Origin: an uncultured delta proteobacterium
Lineage (GTDB): Bacteria; Desulfobacterota; Binatia; UBA9968
Direction: 5' to 3'
Assembly (NCBI GenBank): GCA_963745835.1
Contig: CAVUZH010000013.1
Coordinates: forward strand, 128,001 to 192,000
DNA: 64,000 bases
The translations under genes were made by a program, and so were the position numbers. Of this stretch, positions 1-8,980 are shown one piece after another; position 1 is the first letter of the stretch; every line of letters begins with the position of its first letter. A model generated the notes under the pieces. That model was not told the DNA's origin and did not search any database. It was given only the letters and a program-made list of their open reading frames with translations.

Positions 1-662
1 TTGATCGGCTTCCAGCTTTTGCCCGCGTCATCGGTCCGAAACGCGCCCGCCGCCGAGATGGCGATGTACATCCGATTCGGATCGTTCGAATCTAAAAGGA
101 TCGTGTGCAGGCACATCCCACCGGCGCCGGGCTGCCAGGAGGAGCCTGAGCCGTGGCCGCGCAATCCGGCAAGCTCGTGCCACGACTGACCGCCATTGAC
201 GGAGCGGAATAAGGCGGCGTCTTCAACACCCGCATATATGACGTCCCGATCGGTTAGCGACGGCTCGAGATGCCAGACGCGCTTGAACTCCCAAGGTCGC
301 GCTGTGCCGTCGTACCATTGGTGTGTGGTGAGCGGTTTGCCGCTGTCAGGCGATGAGTCATAAACGAAGTTGTTGCTCTCGCCCTTGGGCGTGCCGTCCG
401 GAGTGGTGGTCGGTTCGCCGGGCGGTGTTCCAGGTTGATGCCAGGTCTTGCCGCCGTCATCTGAGCGTTGAATGATCTGCCCGAACCAACTGCTGCATTG
501 CGATGCAAACAGCCGGTCCGGATCAGCCGGAGATCCCTTGACATGGTAGATCTCCCAGCCCGCAAAATGTGGACCGCTAATGTCCCATCGTTCGCGCTTC
601 GCGTCCGCCGTCAGGACGAACGCCCCTTTCCGTGTACCAACCAGCACTCGTACTTTGCTCAT
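1..662 (-). CDS. WD40/YVTN/BNR-repeat (exo-alpha-sialidase-like) protein, runs off the left edge
   Basis: Not in the ORF track. Manual translation from ATG 662: [17 protein letters not shown]...[16 protein letters not shown]...[10 protein letters not shown] (Asp-box). AAGGAG RBS upstream. Confidence 0.85.
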   Translation of the reverse strand, partial: MSKVRVLVGTRKGAFVLTADAKRERWDISGPHFAGWEIYHVKGSPADPDRLFASQCSSWFGQIIQRSDDGGKTWHQPGTPPGEPTTTPDGTPKGESNNFVYDSSPDSGKPLTTHQWYDGTARPWEFKRVWHLEPSLTDRDVIYAGVEDAALFRSVNGGQSWHELAGLRGHGSGSSWQPGAGGMCLHTILLDSNDPNRMYIAISAAGAFRTDDAGKSWKPI

Positions 663-950
663 TCCCTTACTCCTTTCTGAATTTCGCGCCTTTGCACGGA
701 ATTTCCACGACCAGCGCGTTTACGCGTGATTCTTACAATGACTTGCCTTGTTTCATTAATATGACGAATGAGCGCGTGCTCACAGGACAGCCGTTCTGAT
801 TTTTTTGGGTCTTCTATCAAATTTTGCAGGATTAAAAGAAAAATTAAAGGCACACGCAGGTGTTTTCCCACCGGATCAGGCGACTCGATGCATGGAGCAA
901 ACGCTTGGACTTCGGTCGTTTAACACTCCTTCTGGCGCGATGCAGCGCGT

Positions 951-1099
951 CTAGCATGGCTATTGAAAAGCTCATAGGCATCGTTGCGCCTAATTACCTG
1001 GAACATGTTCGTGTTCCTTCGGAATTCTCGATCACGTTTTCACGGCCATGATCACGAGGATTGCGCCTTGTGTTTGAAGTCGTTCTGAGCTGCCTGTAA
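951..1099. repeat. Degenerate MITE-like repeat, related to the copy at 63240-63368
   Basis: Shares GAATTCTCGATCACGTTTTCAC with ~63292-63313. Ends (CTAGCATGGCTATTGAAAA ... TTCTGAGCTGCCTGTAA) resemble the GCAGGCTGCTGAAAA-type TIR. Confidence 0.5.
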
Positions 1100-1215
1100 T
1101 CAGAGATTCAGCAACTGCTAAAGCGGCGCTCCCCCCGCAGTGAAGGGGCCGCCGAAATCTCTCTGTTCACTGCCTTATTGTTCGGTGCCGTTTATCAGTT
1201 AAACTAACAATAAAG

Positions 1216-3375
1216 ATGATTGTACCGGATGAAAATGAACTGCTGATAAACCGTGATCTATCGTGGCTCGAATTCAATCGCCGGGTATTGGAAGAAGCCA
1301 AAGATCCGCAGGTTCCGCTGCTCGAAAAACTTAAGTTTTTAGCGATCTTCAGTTCGAATCTCGATGAATTTTTCATGGTCCGCGTGGCAGGCCTTAGGCG
1401 CGAGGTCCAAAATGAAGAACCGAACCCGGATTCCGATACCGCCAATCCGGCGGCGGTATTGGCGGCAATCTCGGAAAAAGTCCATGAGCTAACTGAAGCT
1501 CAGCACGCCTGTTTCCTAGATAATATCCTGCCGCAGCTAACGACCGAAGGTATTCATCTCGTGCGTCCCGAAGAAGTGAACGGAGCGCAGCGTCAGTTTT
1601 TGGAGGAGTTCTTTCATAAGACGCTTTACCCTATTGTTACTCCCTTGGCTGTTGATCCGGGTCATCCGTTTCCATATCTCCCCAATCGGTCACTTTCTTT
1701 AGTGGTAGCGCTGCGGGCTAAAACGGTTTCCCCATTGCCTCATTCGGAAGTGTCGATTGTCCATATTCCCGGTCACGTAGTTCCGCGATTTATTCAACTG
1801 CCGGCAACCGAAGGACGGTACGCGTTTATTCTGCTCGAGCATGTGCTGCGCCGTTATCTGCCGCGTCTCTATCACGGTTTCGAAATTCTCTCCACACACG
1901 CGGTTCGCGTCACGCGCGATGCCGACTTCGGCGTCGTGCGAAAGCGTAACGAAGACCTGATGATGACTATCGAACAAGGCGTGCGAGAACGCAGGATGGG
2001 CGATGCCGTGAGACTGCAGTACGACCCGGATTTACCGAAGGAGCTATTAAGCCAGCTGGTCGAGGAACTCGAGCTGAGTGGCGCCGATCTATATCCCGGC
2101 AGAGGTTTCACCGCGTTTACCGACTTGTTTCAACTTTATCAAAGCGCGAACGTTCCCCGCCTGAAGGATCGCGTTCAGGTACCGGTATCGTTTTCCTGCT
2201 TTGGGCGAGATCATGATCTCTGGAATGCGATTCGAAGCGGAGACGTCATGATCTTTCATCCCTACCAGCCGTTCGATGCTGTAACTCATTTTGTTGAAGA
2301 AGCGGCAAAGGATCCCAAAGTCCTGGCCATCAAAATGACGCTTTATCGGGTAAGCGCCGATTCGCCCATCGCTCAAGCGCTTGCGCGGGCCGCCGAAGCC
2401 GGCAAGGAAGTATCCGTGCTCGTGGAACTGCAAGCGCGCTTTGATGAAGAAGCCAATATCGTTTGGGCGCGCGCCTTAGAAGAAGTCGGCGCTCACGTGG
2501 TCTACGGCTTGATAGGCTACAAGACCCACTGCAAACTCTGTTTGGTGGTACGCCAGGAATCCGACGGCATCCGGCGCTACTGCCACCTGTCCACGGGCAA
2601 TTACAATGTCCGTACCGGCGGCATCTATAGTGATCTTAGCTTATTTACCTGTCGAGAAGATTTTGGCGAGGATCTCACGGAGGTCTTTAACCTTCTCACC
2701 GGCTACACCCGTCCTCAAAGATTTCATCATGTGTTGATGGCGCCGATGAAACTGCGCGAGCGCTTCATTCGCATGATTGAACATGAGACCGAGCAGGCGC
2801 GTGCCGAACGTCCCGCGCGCATCGTTGCAAAAGTAAATAGCCTTATCGACCCTGCTGTTATAGAAAAGCTCTACCAAGCCAGTCAAGCGGGTGTGCAGAT
2901 CGACCTTATCGTCCGCGGAATGTGCAGCCTGCGGCCCGGCATCGCTGGGAGCTCCGAGCGCATTCGTGTGATTTCTATCGTCGATCGTTATCTCGAGCAC
3001 GCGCGAATTTTTTATTTCCAGAACGGCGACCCTCATTCTTTTTGGCTTGCGTCAGCGGACTGGATGCCGCGCAATTTTGACCGCCGTATAGAGATCGCTT
3101 TCCCGGTCATCGAGCCGCGACTGCAAACCAAGCTGAAGGAGATTTTGGAACTGCAACTGGCCGACAACGTTAAAAGCTGGTTGATGCAGCCTGATGGGAG
3201 TTACAGCCGAATCAAAAATAACGACAAACCCGCTTTTCGATTTCAAGAGCGGTTCTACGAGATGCTGCAAGCCGAGGAGCGATCATCGTCCGCGAGCGGC
3301 ATTGGCGGATCGAATTGGCACAACTGTCAAGCAGACGACCTTTCCTATGCGTTCGCGACAGCGGATTCTGATTAA
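1216..3375 (+). CDS. ppk1: Polyphosphate kinase 1
   Basis: NRDLSWLEFNRRVL, SNLDEFFMVRVAGL, HPFP, ARFDEEANI, KTHCK, DRYLEHARI, SADWMPRNFDRRIE motifs. Confidence 0.97.
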   Translation: MIVPDENELLINRDLSWLEFNRRVLEEAKDPQVPLLEKLKFLAIFSSNLDEFFMVRVAGLRREVQNEEPNPDSDTANPAAVLAAISEKVHELTEAQHACFLDNILPQLTTEGIHLVRPEEVNGAQRQFLEEFFHKTLYPIVTPLAVDPGHPFPYLPNRSLSLVVALRAKTVSPLPHSEVSIVHIPGHVVPRFIQLPATEGRYAFILLEHVLRRYLPRLYHGFEILSTHAVRVTRDADFGVVRKRNEDLMMTIEQGVRERRMGDAVRLQYDPDLPKELLSQLVEELELSGADLYPGRGFTAFTDLFQLYQSANVPRLKDRVQVPVSFSCFGRDHDLWNAIRSGDVMIFHPYQPFDAVTHFVEEAAKDPKVLAIKMTLYRVSADSPIAQALARAAEAGKEVSVLVELQARFDEEANIVWARALEEVGAHVVYGLIGYKTHCKLCLVVRQESDGIRRYCHLSTGNYNVRTGGIYSDLSLFTCREDFGEDLTEVFNLLTGYTRPQRFHHVLMAPMKLRERFIRMIEHETEQARAERPARIVAKVNSLIDPAVIEKLYQASQAGVQIDLIVRGMCSLRPGIAGSSERIRVISIVDRYLEHARIFYFQNGDPHSFWLASADWMPRNFDRRIEIAFPVIEPRLQTKLKEILELQLADNVKSWLMQPDGSYSRIKNNDKPAFRFQERFYEMLQAEERSSSASGIGGSNWHNCQADDLSYAFATADSD

Positions 3376-3386
3376 GGAGCCAGCCC

Positions 3387-4334
3387 ATCAAGATCACACT
3401 GATACATAACCCTGCAGCCGGCAAAGGAAAACAACCTTCGCGGGACGAGCTGCTTAAACTCCTACGCGCGGCTGGACACAAAGTAGAGTATCAATCGTCG
3501 AAGGAAAAAAAGTGGCATAAAATTCTAAAAAACCCAGGAGACGTGGTCGCGATTGCGGGAGGCGATGGCACGGTCAGCAAAGTCGCGAGACGGTTGATCG
3601 GCAACCCGACACCGTTGGCGATCTTGCCCTTGGGTACCGCTAATAACGTCGCCTGCACGCTCGGCATATCGGGCCGGACCTTGAAGGATCTTATCTCCGG
3701 ATGGAAATCCGCGCGCTGCGTGCATTTTGATGCGGGTGTGGCTAAAGGTCCTTGGGGTTCGAAACATTTCATCGAGGGATTTGGGTTGGGGTTGTTTGCC
3801 GAGACGATGTTTCAGATCGACGCCTCAAACGAAAAACAACTGGCGCACGCAGACGATCCCGAGGAAGAGATAAATTCCGTTCTCAAGATACTGAAAGGAC
3901 GACTCCGAGATTTCAGAGCCAACGAGTTGAATGTTCGACTTGACGGCGAAGAACTCTCCGGTCGATACGTGCTTTTGGAAGCGTTGAATGTCAGATTTAT
4001 CGGTCCGAACCTCAATTTCGCGCCGGAGGCGGATACCAAAGACGGGCTTCTGGACGTTATTACGGTTCCCCACGGCGAACGAGCTGAGCTGAGCCGATAC
4101 CTGTCTGGGCGAATCGATGGCACACAGTCTTTGCTCAAGTTGCCCCGTCGTCGAGGCTCTCATCTGCAGATTGAGTGGGAGAGCTCTCCGGTTCACATTG
4201 ACGACATGCGCTGGCCTGAAGATCATAAGGATGTGACGGTTAAATCGCACGCTATTACGATCAAAGTCGATGCCGGCGCACTGGTGTTTTTGATACCGCC
4301 GGTTAAGAGAGGCCGACCTAAGGACCTCGTATGA
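3387..4334 (+). CDS. Diacylglycerol/lipid kinase family protein (likely ATC start)
   Basis: GGDGT and PLGTANNVA motifs. The frame extends upstream of 3543 to IKITLIHNPAAG (family N-terminal NP motif), with AAGGAG 7 nt before ATC 3387. Confidence 0.88.
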   Translation: MKITLIHNPAAGKGKQPSRDELLKLLRAAGHKVEYQSSKEKKWHKILKNPGDVVAIAGGDGTVSKVARRLIGNPTPLAILPLGTANNVACTLGISGRTLKDLISGWKSARCVHFDAGVAKGPWGSKHFIEGFGLGLFAETMFQIDASNEKQLAHADDPEEEINSVLKILKGRLRDFRANELNVRLDGEELSGRYVLLEALNVRFIGPNLNFAPEADTKDGLLDVITVPHGERAELSRYLSGRIDGTQSLLKLPRRRGSHLQIEWESSPVHIDDMRWPEDHKDVTVKSHAITIKVDAGALVFLIPPVKRGRPKDLV

Positions 4335-4606
4335 ACGCGCGGGCTCCTCAAATTTCCACGCCCAATTATTGAACTAGAACCAGGCCACGCACGGCTCGCC
4401 GGGTGTGTGGTTTGGTTTGCCCGTGAAGTTCTTCTAGCCCGGCTTCCGTCGTTCAAAACAAGCGGCAAGCCCTCCGAGCGAAGACCAATAAGCCAAGTCC
4501 TTGCTGCGCTCGGACTCTCAAATTTCAGATCTCAGATTTCACCTTTGTCATTTGCGATTTGAGATGCCGCAGAGCGGCCCGCTCCTCCGGGCTCATCCCA
4601 CGATTA

Positions 4607-5572
4607 CTATATAGGTGGCCATACTCTGCTGCGGAATTCGGGCTTAATCGAGAGTATGCGACTCAATGCCTTGCTCGGCGGGCGATAGCTTTCTCCGAGC
4701 AGTTTTAGAAACGCTCTCATAGCGCCGTGAATGTATTTATCGCTTCTAAAAACCAGGCAGGAGTAAGCTTGAAGCTTTTCGCCCATGACGTGCAGACTCT
4801 TTAGGCTGCCTCGCCGGATTTCCTCGCTAACGAATCTTTGCGGTAGCAGAGAGATACCCAATCCCAGCTCAGCAAGCTTTTTGTGCAGTTCCAGTCCGAG
4901 AACCTCTACTTCTACTTTGATCGATTGACCGCGTTCTTTGAGCCGTCTCTCAACATAGCCGCGGTAGACGCATCCATGATGATTCAAAATCCATGGCGCC
5001 TCTTTGAGGTCGTCCCAAGTAAGTCTTTCTTTCTTGGTTAACGGGTTGTTGGCCGCTACAACAAACGCGAGATCCGTTGTTGCAAGCGGCACGAACGAAA
5101 GCCGCGGGAATCCATCGAGTTTCGGCGCAACCAGAATGAGCAAACCCAAATCCAGAGCATGAGATAAAACCCGCTGGGTGATCTCCGCCGACCAGGCCGA
5201 TTCGATTAGAAGATTAATTTTGGGGTAAGCCGCTCTATAGGCTTCAATCAGTTGCGGCAACTCGTAAGTAGCGATGCTATGTGCAGCGCCGATCGAAAGT
5301 CTTCCCTGACGAAGATCCCGCAGATCTGAAATCTCTTCTTTGGCGACGGTGACAATGCGCCTTAATTGTTCCACATGCTTGAGCAAAGCTGTTCCGGCCA
5401 ATGTGAGTTGCGCGGTTCGACCGCGTTCGAACAATCGCTGCTCGAGTTCCGTCTCCAGAGCTTGAATCTGTTTGCTGACAGCCGGCTGGGTTAGTGACAA
5501 CAGTTCCGCTGCGCGCCGAAAACTGTGGGTGGTCGCCACGGTTTGGAATGTGTGAAGCTGGTCCAGAGTCAT
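4607..5572 (-). CDS. LysR family transcriptional regulator
   Basis: N-terminal HTH SFRRAAELLSLTQPAVSKQIQALE plus substrate-binding domain. Confidence 0.95.
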   Translation of the reverse strand: MTLDQLHTFQTVATTHSFRRAAELLSLTQPAVSKQIQALETELEQRLFERGRTAQLTLAGTALLKHVEQLRRIVTVAKEEISDLRDLRQGRLSIGAAHSIATYELPQLIEAYRAAYPKINLLIESAWSAEITQRVLSHALDLGLLILVAPKLDGFPRLSFVPLATTDLAFVVAANNPLTKKERLTWDDLKEAPWILNHHGCVYRGYVERRLKERGQSIKVEVEVLGLELHKKLAELGLGISLLPQRFVSEEIRRGSLKSLHVMGEKLQAYSCLVFRSDKYIHGAMRAFLKLLGESYRPPSKALSRILSIKPEFRSRVWPPI

Positions 5573-5680
5573 GGGAAGTATTCCTATAAGTTATCAACCC
5601 GATAAGAAAATACCATTTGTGATTATAGAAACTACCACCCCATAATCGGTGCAAACAAGGATAAAATTCGAGAGGCCGAT

Positions 5681-6232
5681 ATGTTCAAATTCGAAACAAG
5701 CACTGCCAAACGCCTATCTCCAATCCTGTTGTCACGGGAAAGTCTTCGTCCACTGCGGTGGCGCACAGTGGGTTATTGGCTAGTGATACTGTTGTTTTTC
5801 ATGCTGATCATTGCCGCATGGTTGCGACCGGAGTTCAACCGCCCGAAGGTTGCCGATTGGAAGTCTATCCTCGCTCGCGCCGACCACGCTTGGGAAGCAG
5901 GCGATCTACAGCGCGCGAGACACCTCTACCTAAAAGTCGAAAGAATCGCATCTTGGAGCCGTGATTGGCAGGGCACAGTCGCTGCGGCGTGTCGGTTTAA
6001 GCAGCTCGATGGGGTGCCGGCCCGCTACTGGAAGGCTCACACATTACTGATACGGGCAGGGATTTTTGCGCAAGAGAAACAATCCCGTCAAGCTATGGCG
6101 ACGATTGCCGAGGCGTTTAATATGCTGGGGCAGCCCCAAACAGCCTCCTTGATTCTAGCTCATATCGGCGCCGATTGGCGCAGTGAGAGCTCGGAGCCGC
6201 TTGGATTTCTGTTACAAGCTTGCTCGGCGTGA
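5681..6232 (+). CDS. Hypothetical membrane-anchored helical (TPR-like) protein, divergent from LysR
   Basis: GAGG RBS, one TM segment, helical C-terminus. Confidence 0.6.
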   Translation: MFKFETSTAKRLSPILLSRESLRPLRWRTVGYWLVILLFFMLIIAAWLRPEFNRPKVADWKSILARADHAWEAGDLQRARHLYLKVERIASWSRDWQGTVAAACRFKQLDGVPARYWKAHTLLIRAGIFAQEKQSRQAMATIAEAFNMLGQPQTASLILAHIGADWRSESSEPLGFLLQACSA

Positions 6233-6332
6233 CGCAGATTACAGCCAGTACTCAGGCGGCCCAAGGGCGAAGAATCATGGTTTTTGCTCGATGAGCCCTG
6301 CGTCCAGTGACACGAAGATAAACAGTTGGGAG

Positions 6333-6488
6333 CTAGCAGAGTGCTGAAAAAAGCCTCTTGCAGGCTGCTCAAAAAGATCCAGAGGCGAGGCGGCGCGAAA
6401 ATCGACGAGCGAAGGCGTACTTACAGTACGTCGCAGCGAGGCGATCGAGCGGCAACGAAGCATATGGTTTTTTTCAGCAGCCTGCTAG
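6333..6488. mobile_element. ~155-bp MITE, copy 1 (IS5/IS1182-like TIRs, CTAG at both ends)
   Basis: CTAGCAGAGTGCTGAAAAAA ... TTTTTTCAGCAGCCTGCTAG. Internal sequence recurs at 51525-51682 and 61961-62115. Confidence 0.85.
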
Positions 6489-6682
6489 GGCACAATTTCG
6501 TCGGAACTCTGGCAATTCTTGCTTCTTTCCAGCTCCGCGCATTCGGCGCAGAGCCGTTCCGATGGCGGATTCACAGCGCTGCTGATCTCGTCGAAATCCT
6601 TGGCCGGCCAGTCTTTACAGTTCATACAGAAATGCCAGAATGCGCTGCCTCGTTCTTTGCGGTAAGTGGCTTGCGTCGGCAT
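6485..6682 (-). CDS. Small Cys-rich putative zinc-binding protein
   Basis: WHFCMNCxxWP ... LCAEC (two CxxC). GGAGG upstream. Stop codon coincides with the MITE end. Confidence 0.6.
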   Translation of the reverse strand: MPTQATYRKERGSAFWHFCMNCKDWPAKDFDEISSAVNPPSERLCAECAELERSKNCQSSDEIVP

Positions 6683-6807
6683 ACGAACATTTTACCTCCG
6701 GCAAGAAAAATTGTGATTTACGAGTCCTCTATTTTAGTCGTAAATAAACTTGACCGGCTTCAAAATCGAGCTTATGAAAGTGCAGCAGAGACGCTGGTAG
6801 GTGGAAA

Positions 6808-7308
6808 TTGATGGAGGCAGCGAACATGTTTAGAGTATCATGGCTGGCAGCGGCGATCATGATTAACTTCTTCATGCACGCAAGCGCCGGGGCGCAGACG
6901 CTTGAAGTCAAGCGTTATAATTATGCGGAATGGACCAAGGGGCGTTTCACTGAAGTGGTAACCGTCACCGGCCCGGGAAAAATGATCTTCCTCGCCGGAG
7001 TCGGCGCCGAAGACGAGGACAAGCCCCAGGGTTCGATCCGCCACCTTGGCAACCCCTACCTGCAGTGCAAATACGCCTACGATAAAATGAAGCGCCACTT
7101 GGCCAAGCACGGCGGCACCCTCGCCGATGTCGTAAAGCAGGTCGTGTATGTCACCGACATCAGATATCAGGCTGATGTCGGCAAATGCCGGCGCGAAGAG
7201 TACGGCGAAAAAGGTCCGATTCCCGCCAACACGTTTCTTGTCATCTCCGGACTTGCCATTCAGGGAATGCTACTAGAGATCGACATTACCGCAGTGGTGC
7301 CGCAGTAA
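6808..7308 (+). CDS. RidA/YjgF family protein with N-terminal signal peptide
   Basis: MIFLAGVG, GGTLADVVKQVVYVTD, PANTFLVISGLA, LLEIDITAVV. Hydrophobic leader ending ASAGA. Confidence 0.85.
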   Translation: MMEAANMFRVSWLAAAIMINFFMHASAGAQTLEVKRYNYAEWTKGRFTEVVTVTGPGKMIFLAGVGAEDEDKPQGSIRHLGNPYLQCKYAYDKMKRHLAKHGGTLADVVKQVVYVTDIRYQADVGKCRREEYGEKGPIPANTFLVISGLAIQGMLLEIDITAVVPQ

Positions 7309-7477
7309 AAGGCGACAGATTCTTAGCCGATCTAGGCACAACGATTCTGCCCATCCTGCGAATCCTACGGTTGGTATCAGCCTTACGACATTTCGTGCGA
7401 CAGCGATCGAACAAACCACTGTGAGTCTTTGGTATCTACAGCAGGCCTAAAGATAGAAGTCTGATATGCATTCGCGG

Positions 7478-7507
7478 GATCAAACTGATGAAAAATTAAA
7501 TGTAATT
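7478..7507. repeat. TGA-N8-TCA family palindrome (left end of unit 1)
   Basis: GATCAAACTGA TGAAAAAT TAAATGTAATT, 4 bp from the attC end. Confidence 0.65.
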
Positions 7508-7511
7508 ACAT

Positions 7512-7571
7512 GGATAACGCCGCGGTTCAGCCGCGCGAGGTACGAGCGTCGGCTGGAACCGCCAGTTATGC
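7512..7571 (-). mobile_element. Integron attC site (60 bp) of the GFA cassette
   Basis: Minus strand GCATAAC TGGCGGTTCCAGCCGAC...GCGGCTGAACCGCGGC GTTATCC: R''/L''/L'/R' imperfect palindrome just downstream of the stop. Confidence 0.88.
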
Positions 7572-7589
7572 AGCATGCGGACGCCCCCC

Positions 7590-8018
7590 TTATTCTGGAG
7601 CCGCTGAATACTCCGCGAATACCTCGGCTCCGGTCAGGTTCTTCGTTTGGTTTGCGAACGAATAGAACGACGGCTTTTCATCGATAAAAATCTGTTGATC
7701 AAAGACCCATTGTTCTCCGTCATCGAGTAGACCAACAGGAACCGCGTAGTGCCCTTCTTTCTTTAGGCGGTAGAAAAGATGGCTTCCACACTTACTACAG
7801 AAGCCACGCTCGGCCCAGTCGGAAGAACTGAAGACAGATATGCTGTCATTGCGATCAAAATGAACGTCGCTACCGCACTCAATGAAGAGCAAAGGCCCAC
7901 CTGTCCATTTCCTGCACATACTGCAATGGCAGGCACCCACACTCTTGCTGGTCGTCTTTATTGAAATACGGACTGCCCCGCAAAGACAGCTTCCATCTCG
8001 TTTGGTTTCGCCTGCCAT
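7590..8018 (-). CDS. GFA (glutathione-dependent formaldehyde-activating/CENP-V) family protein, gene cassette
   Basis: GSCLCGAV, CHCSMCRKWTG, RGFCSKCGSHL. GAGGAGG RBS. Bounded by GTTATGC (8042-8036) and the complementary GCATAAC attC. Confidence 0.93.
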   Translation of the reverse strand: MAGETKRDGSCLCGAVRISIKTTSKSVGACHCSMCRKWTGGPLLFIECGSDVHFDRNDSISVFSSSDWAERGFCSKCGSHLFYRLKKEGHYAVPVGLLDDGEQWVFDQQIFIDEKPSFYSFANQTKNLTGAEVFAEYSAAPE

Positions 8019-8035
8019 ATCGTCCTCCTCAAATT

Positions 8036-8223
8036 GCATAACTATTAAGTAAGCCGCCGTAGGAGGCGACAAAGGCCGATCGGCCTATCTCGGAACACAG
8101 CTCGGATTTCGAATTACAAACGGCTCGCAATCTCGTCCACTTGAACCAACTCATCAAGAAACATTTTGACCGCCAAACACCGCGCGGCATGGCGGCCTAT
8201 CTACTGGCTCGCAGCCTATTTCG
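8036..8223 (-). mobile_element. attI-like platform, copy 1
   Basis: Non-coding. 41/53 ungapped identity by hand count to 31803-31855, with patchy similarity for ~190 bp. Ends at the GTT where the cassette starts. Three GCCTAT(C/T)T repeats. Confidence 0.7.
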
Positions 8224-8260
8224 TGCGCTAGATTAGAGTCAAGCTCTGTAATCAACGTGA

Positions 8261-8299
8261 GATTGAATTTGATCGATTGATCCGTCAGTTCGATTCAGC
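8261..8299. repeat. TGA-N8-TCA family element, deleted form (right end of unit 1)
   Basis: GATTGAATTTGATCGA...TCAGTTCGATTCAGC. Terminal part is the inverted match of GCGGGATCAAACTGA at 7474-7488 (12/15). Confidence 0.6.
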
Positions 8300-8344
8300 T
8301 CGCCTTTAATGTAAAAGAAGATGACGGGATAGGTTGCAGAGGTG

Positions 8345-8773
8345 CTATTGGATCCGGAATACTGGATGTCGTGACGCTTCGGCAACAAAATCCGGCAGAT
8401 TCGACTTCGGTGTTACGTCAAAGAACGGCCGTACCACAGGCACTTGAGTCAGATACTTCTTTAGCACCGGGGCGGCGTCCTCCGCCGAGAGTTCTAGAAT
8501 TCTTACGTTCTCAAATCTCCGACCCCGTGTTAAGGTTATCTGCTCGGCTGCACGAGCGTTTCGCACCCAGCCCACCTCACCATACGGGGCCACTAGCCAG
8601 CGTTCGCCGGCCCGTTCCACCAGTGTCACGGGCGTTGAGTAGGCGTGACCGCTCTTTCTGCCTCGCACGGTCAGAAGATAGGTATGCGGAGGACTTACGC
8701 CAAGGCGCAGCAAGACACCAATCATCCAATTGATTAGTCGGCGCCACAATCCTAACCGATATGCTCGAGCCAT
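8345..8773 (-). CDS. Nitroreductase-family deazaflavin(F420)-dependent oxidoreductase
   Basis: LLTVRGRKSG...TPV, WVRNARAA, HPVFRI motifs. Confidence 0.9.
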   Translation of the reverse strand: MARAYRLGLWRRLINWMIGVLLRLGVSPPHTYLLTVRGRKSGHAYSTPVTLVERAGERWLVAPYGEVGWVRNARAAEQITLTRGRRFENVRILELSAEDAAPVLKKYLTQVPVVRPFFDVTPKSNLPDFVAEASRHPVFRIQ

Positions 8774-8821
8774 TGTGATCTTGTGTTTGCAGGAACCCGA
8801 AAACCTCAACCTCTTGCATCA

Positions 8822-8852
8822 AGAATTTGTGAAAGGAGAAATCAGTTCAACA
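8822..8852. repeat. TGA-N8-TCA family palindrome (B-type spacer) abutting attC
   Basis: ...TTTGTGAA AGGAGAAA TCAGTTCAACA, matches 41480-41509 and 32054-32083. Confidence 0.65.
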
Positions 8853-8855
8853 TAG

Positions 8856-8918
8856 GGTTAACGCTCCGGTTGAGTCGCGCGAGTTTTACGGCCGTTGGAC
8901 TTCAACCGGTTGTTGGGC
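8856..8918 (-). mobile_element. Integron attC site downstream of the sulfotransferase gene
   Basis: Minus strand GCCCAAC AACCGGTTGAAGTC...GCGACTCAACCGGAGC GTTAACC imperfect palindrome. Confidence 0.78.
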
Positions 8919-8980
8919 AACCGTGTCGATAACTCAAACTGGCTTATTGCGTTCCTTTTTTCTCTTCCGGACGAGTTTGT

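Noticed and set aside
6326-6811. 161-aa ORF (and 51489-51686)
   Set aside because: Translates MITE sequence and is antisense to a better small ORF.
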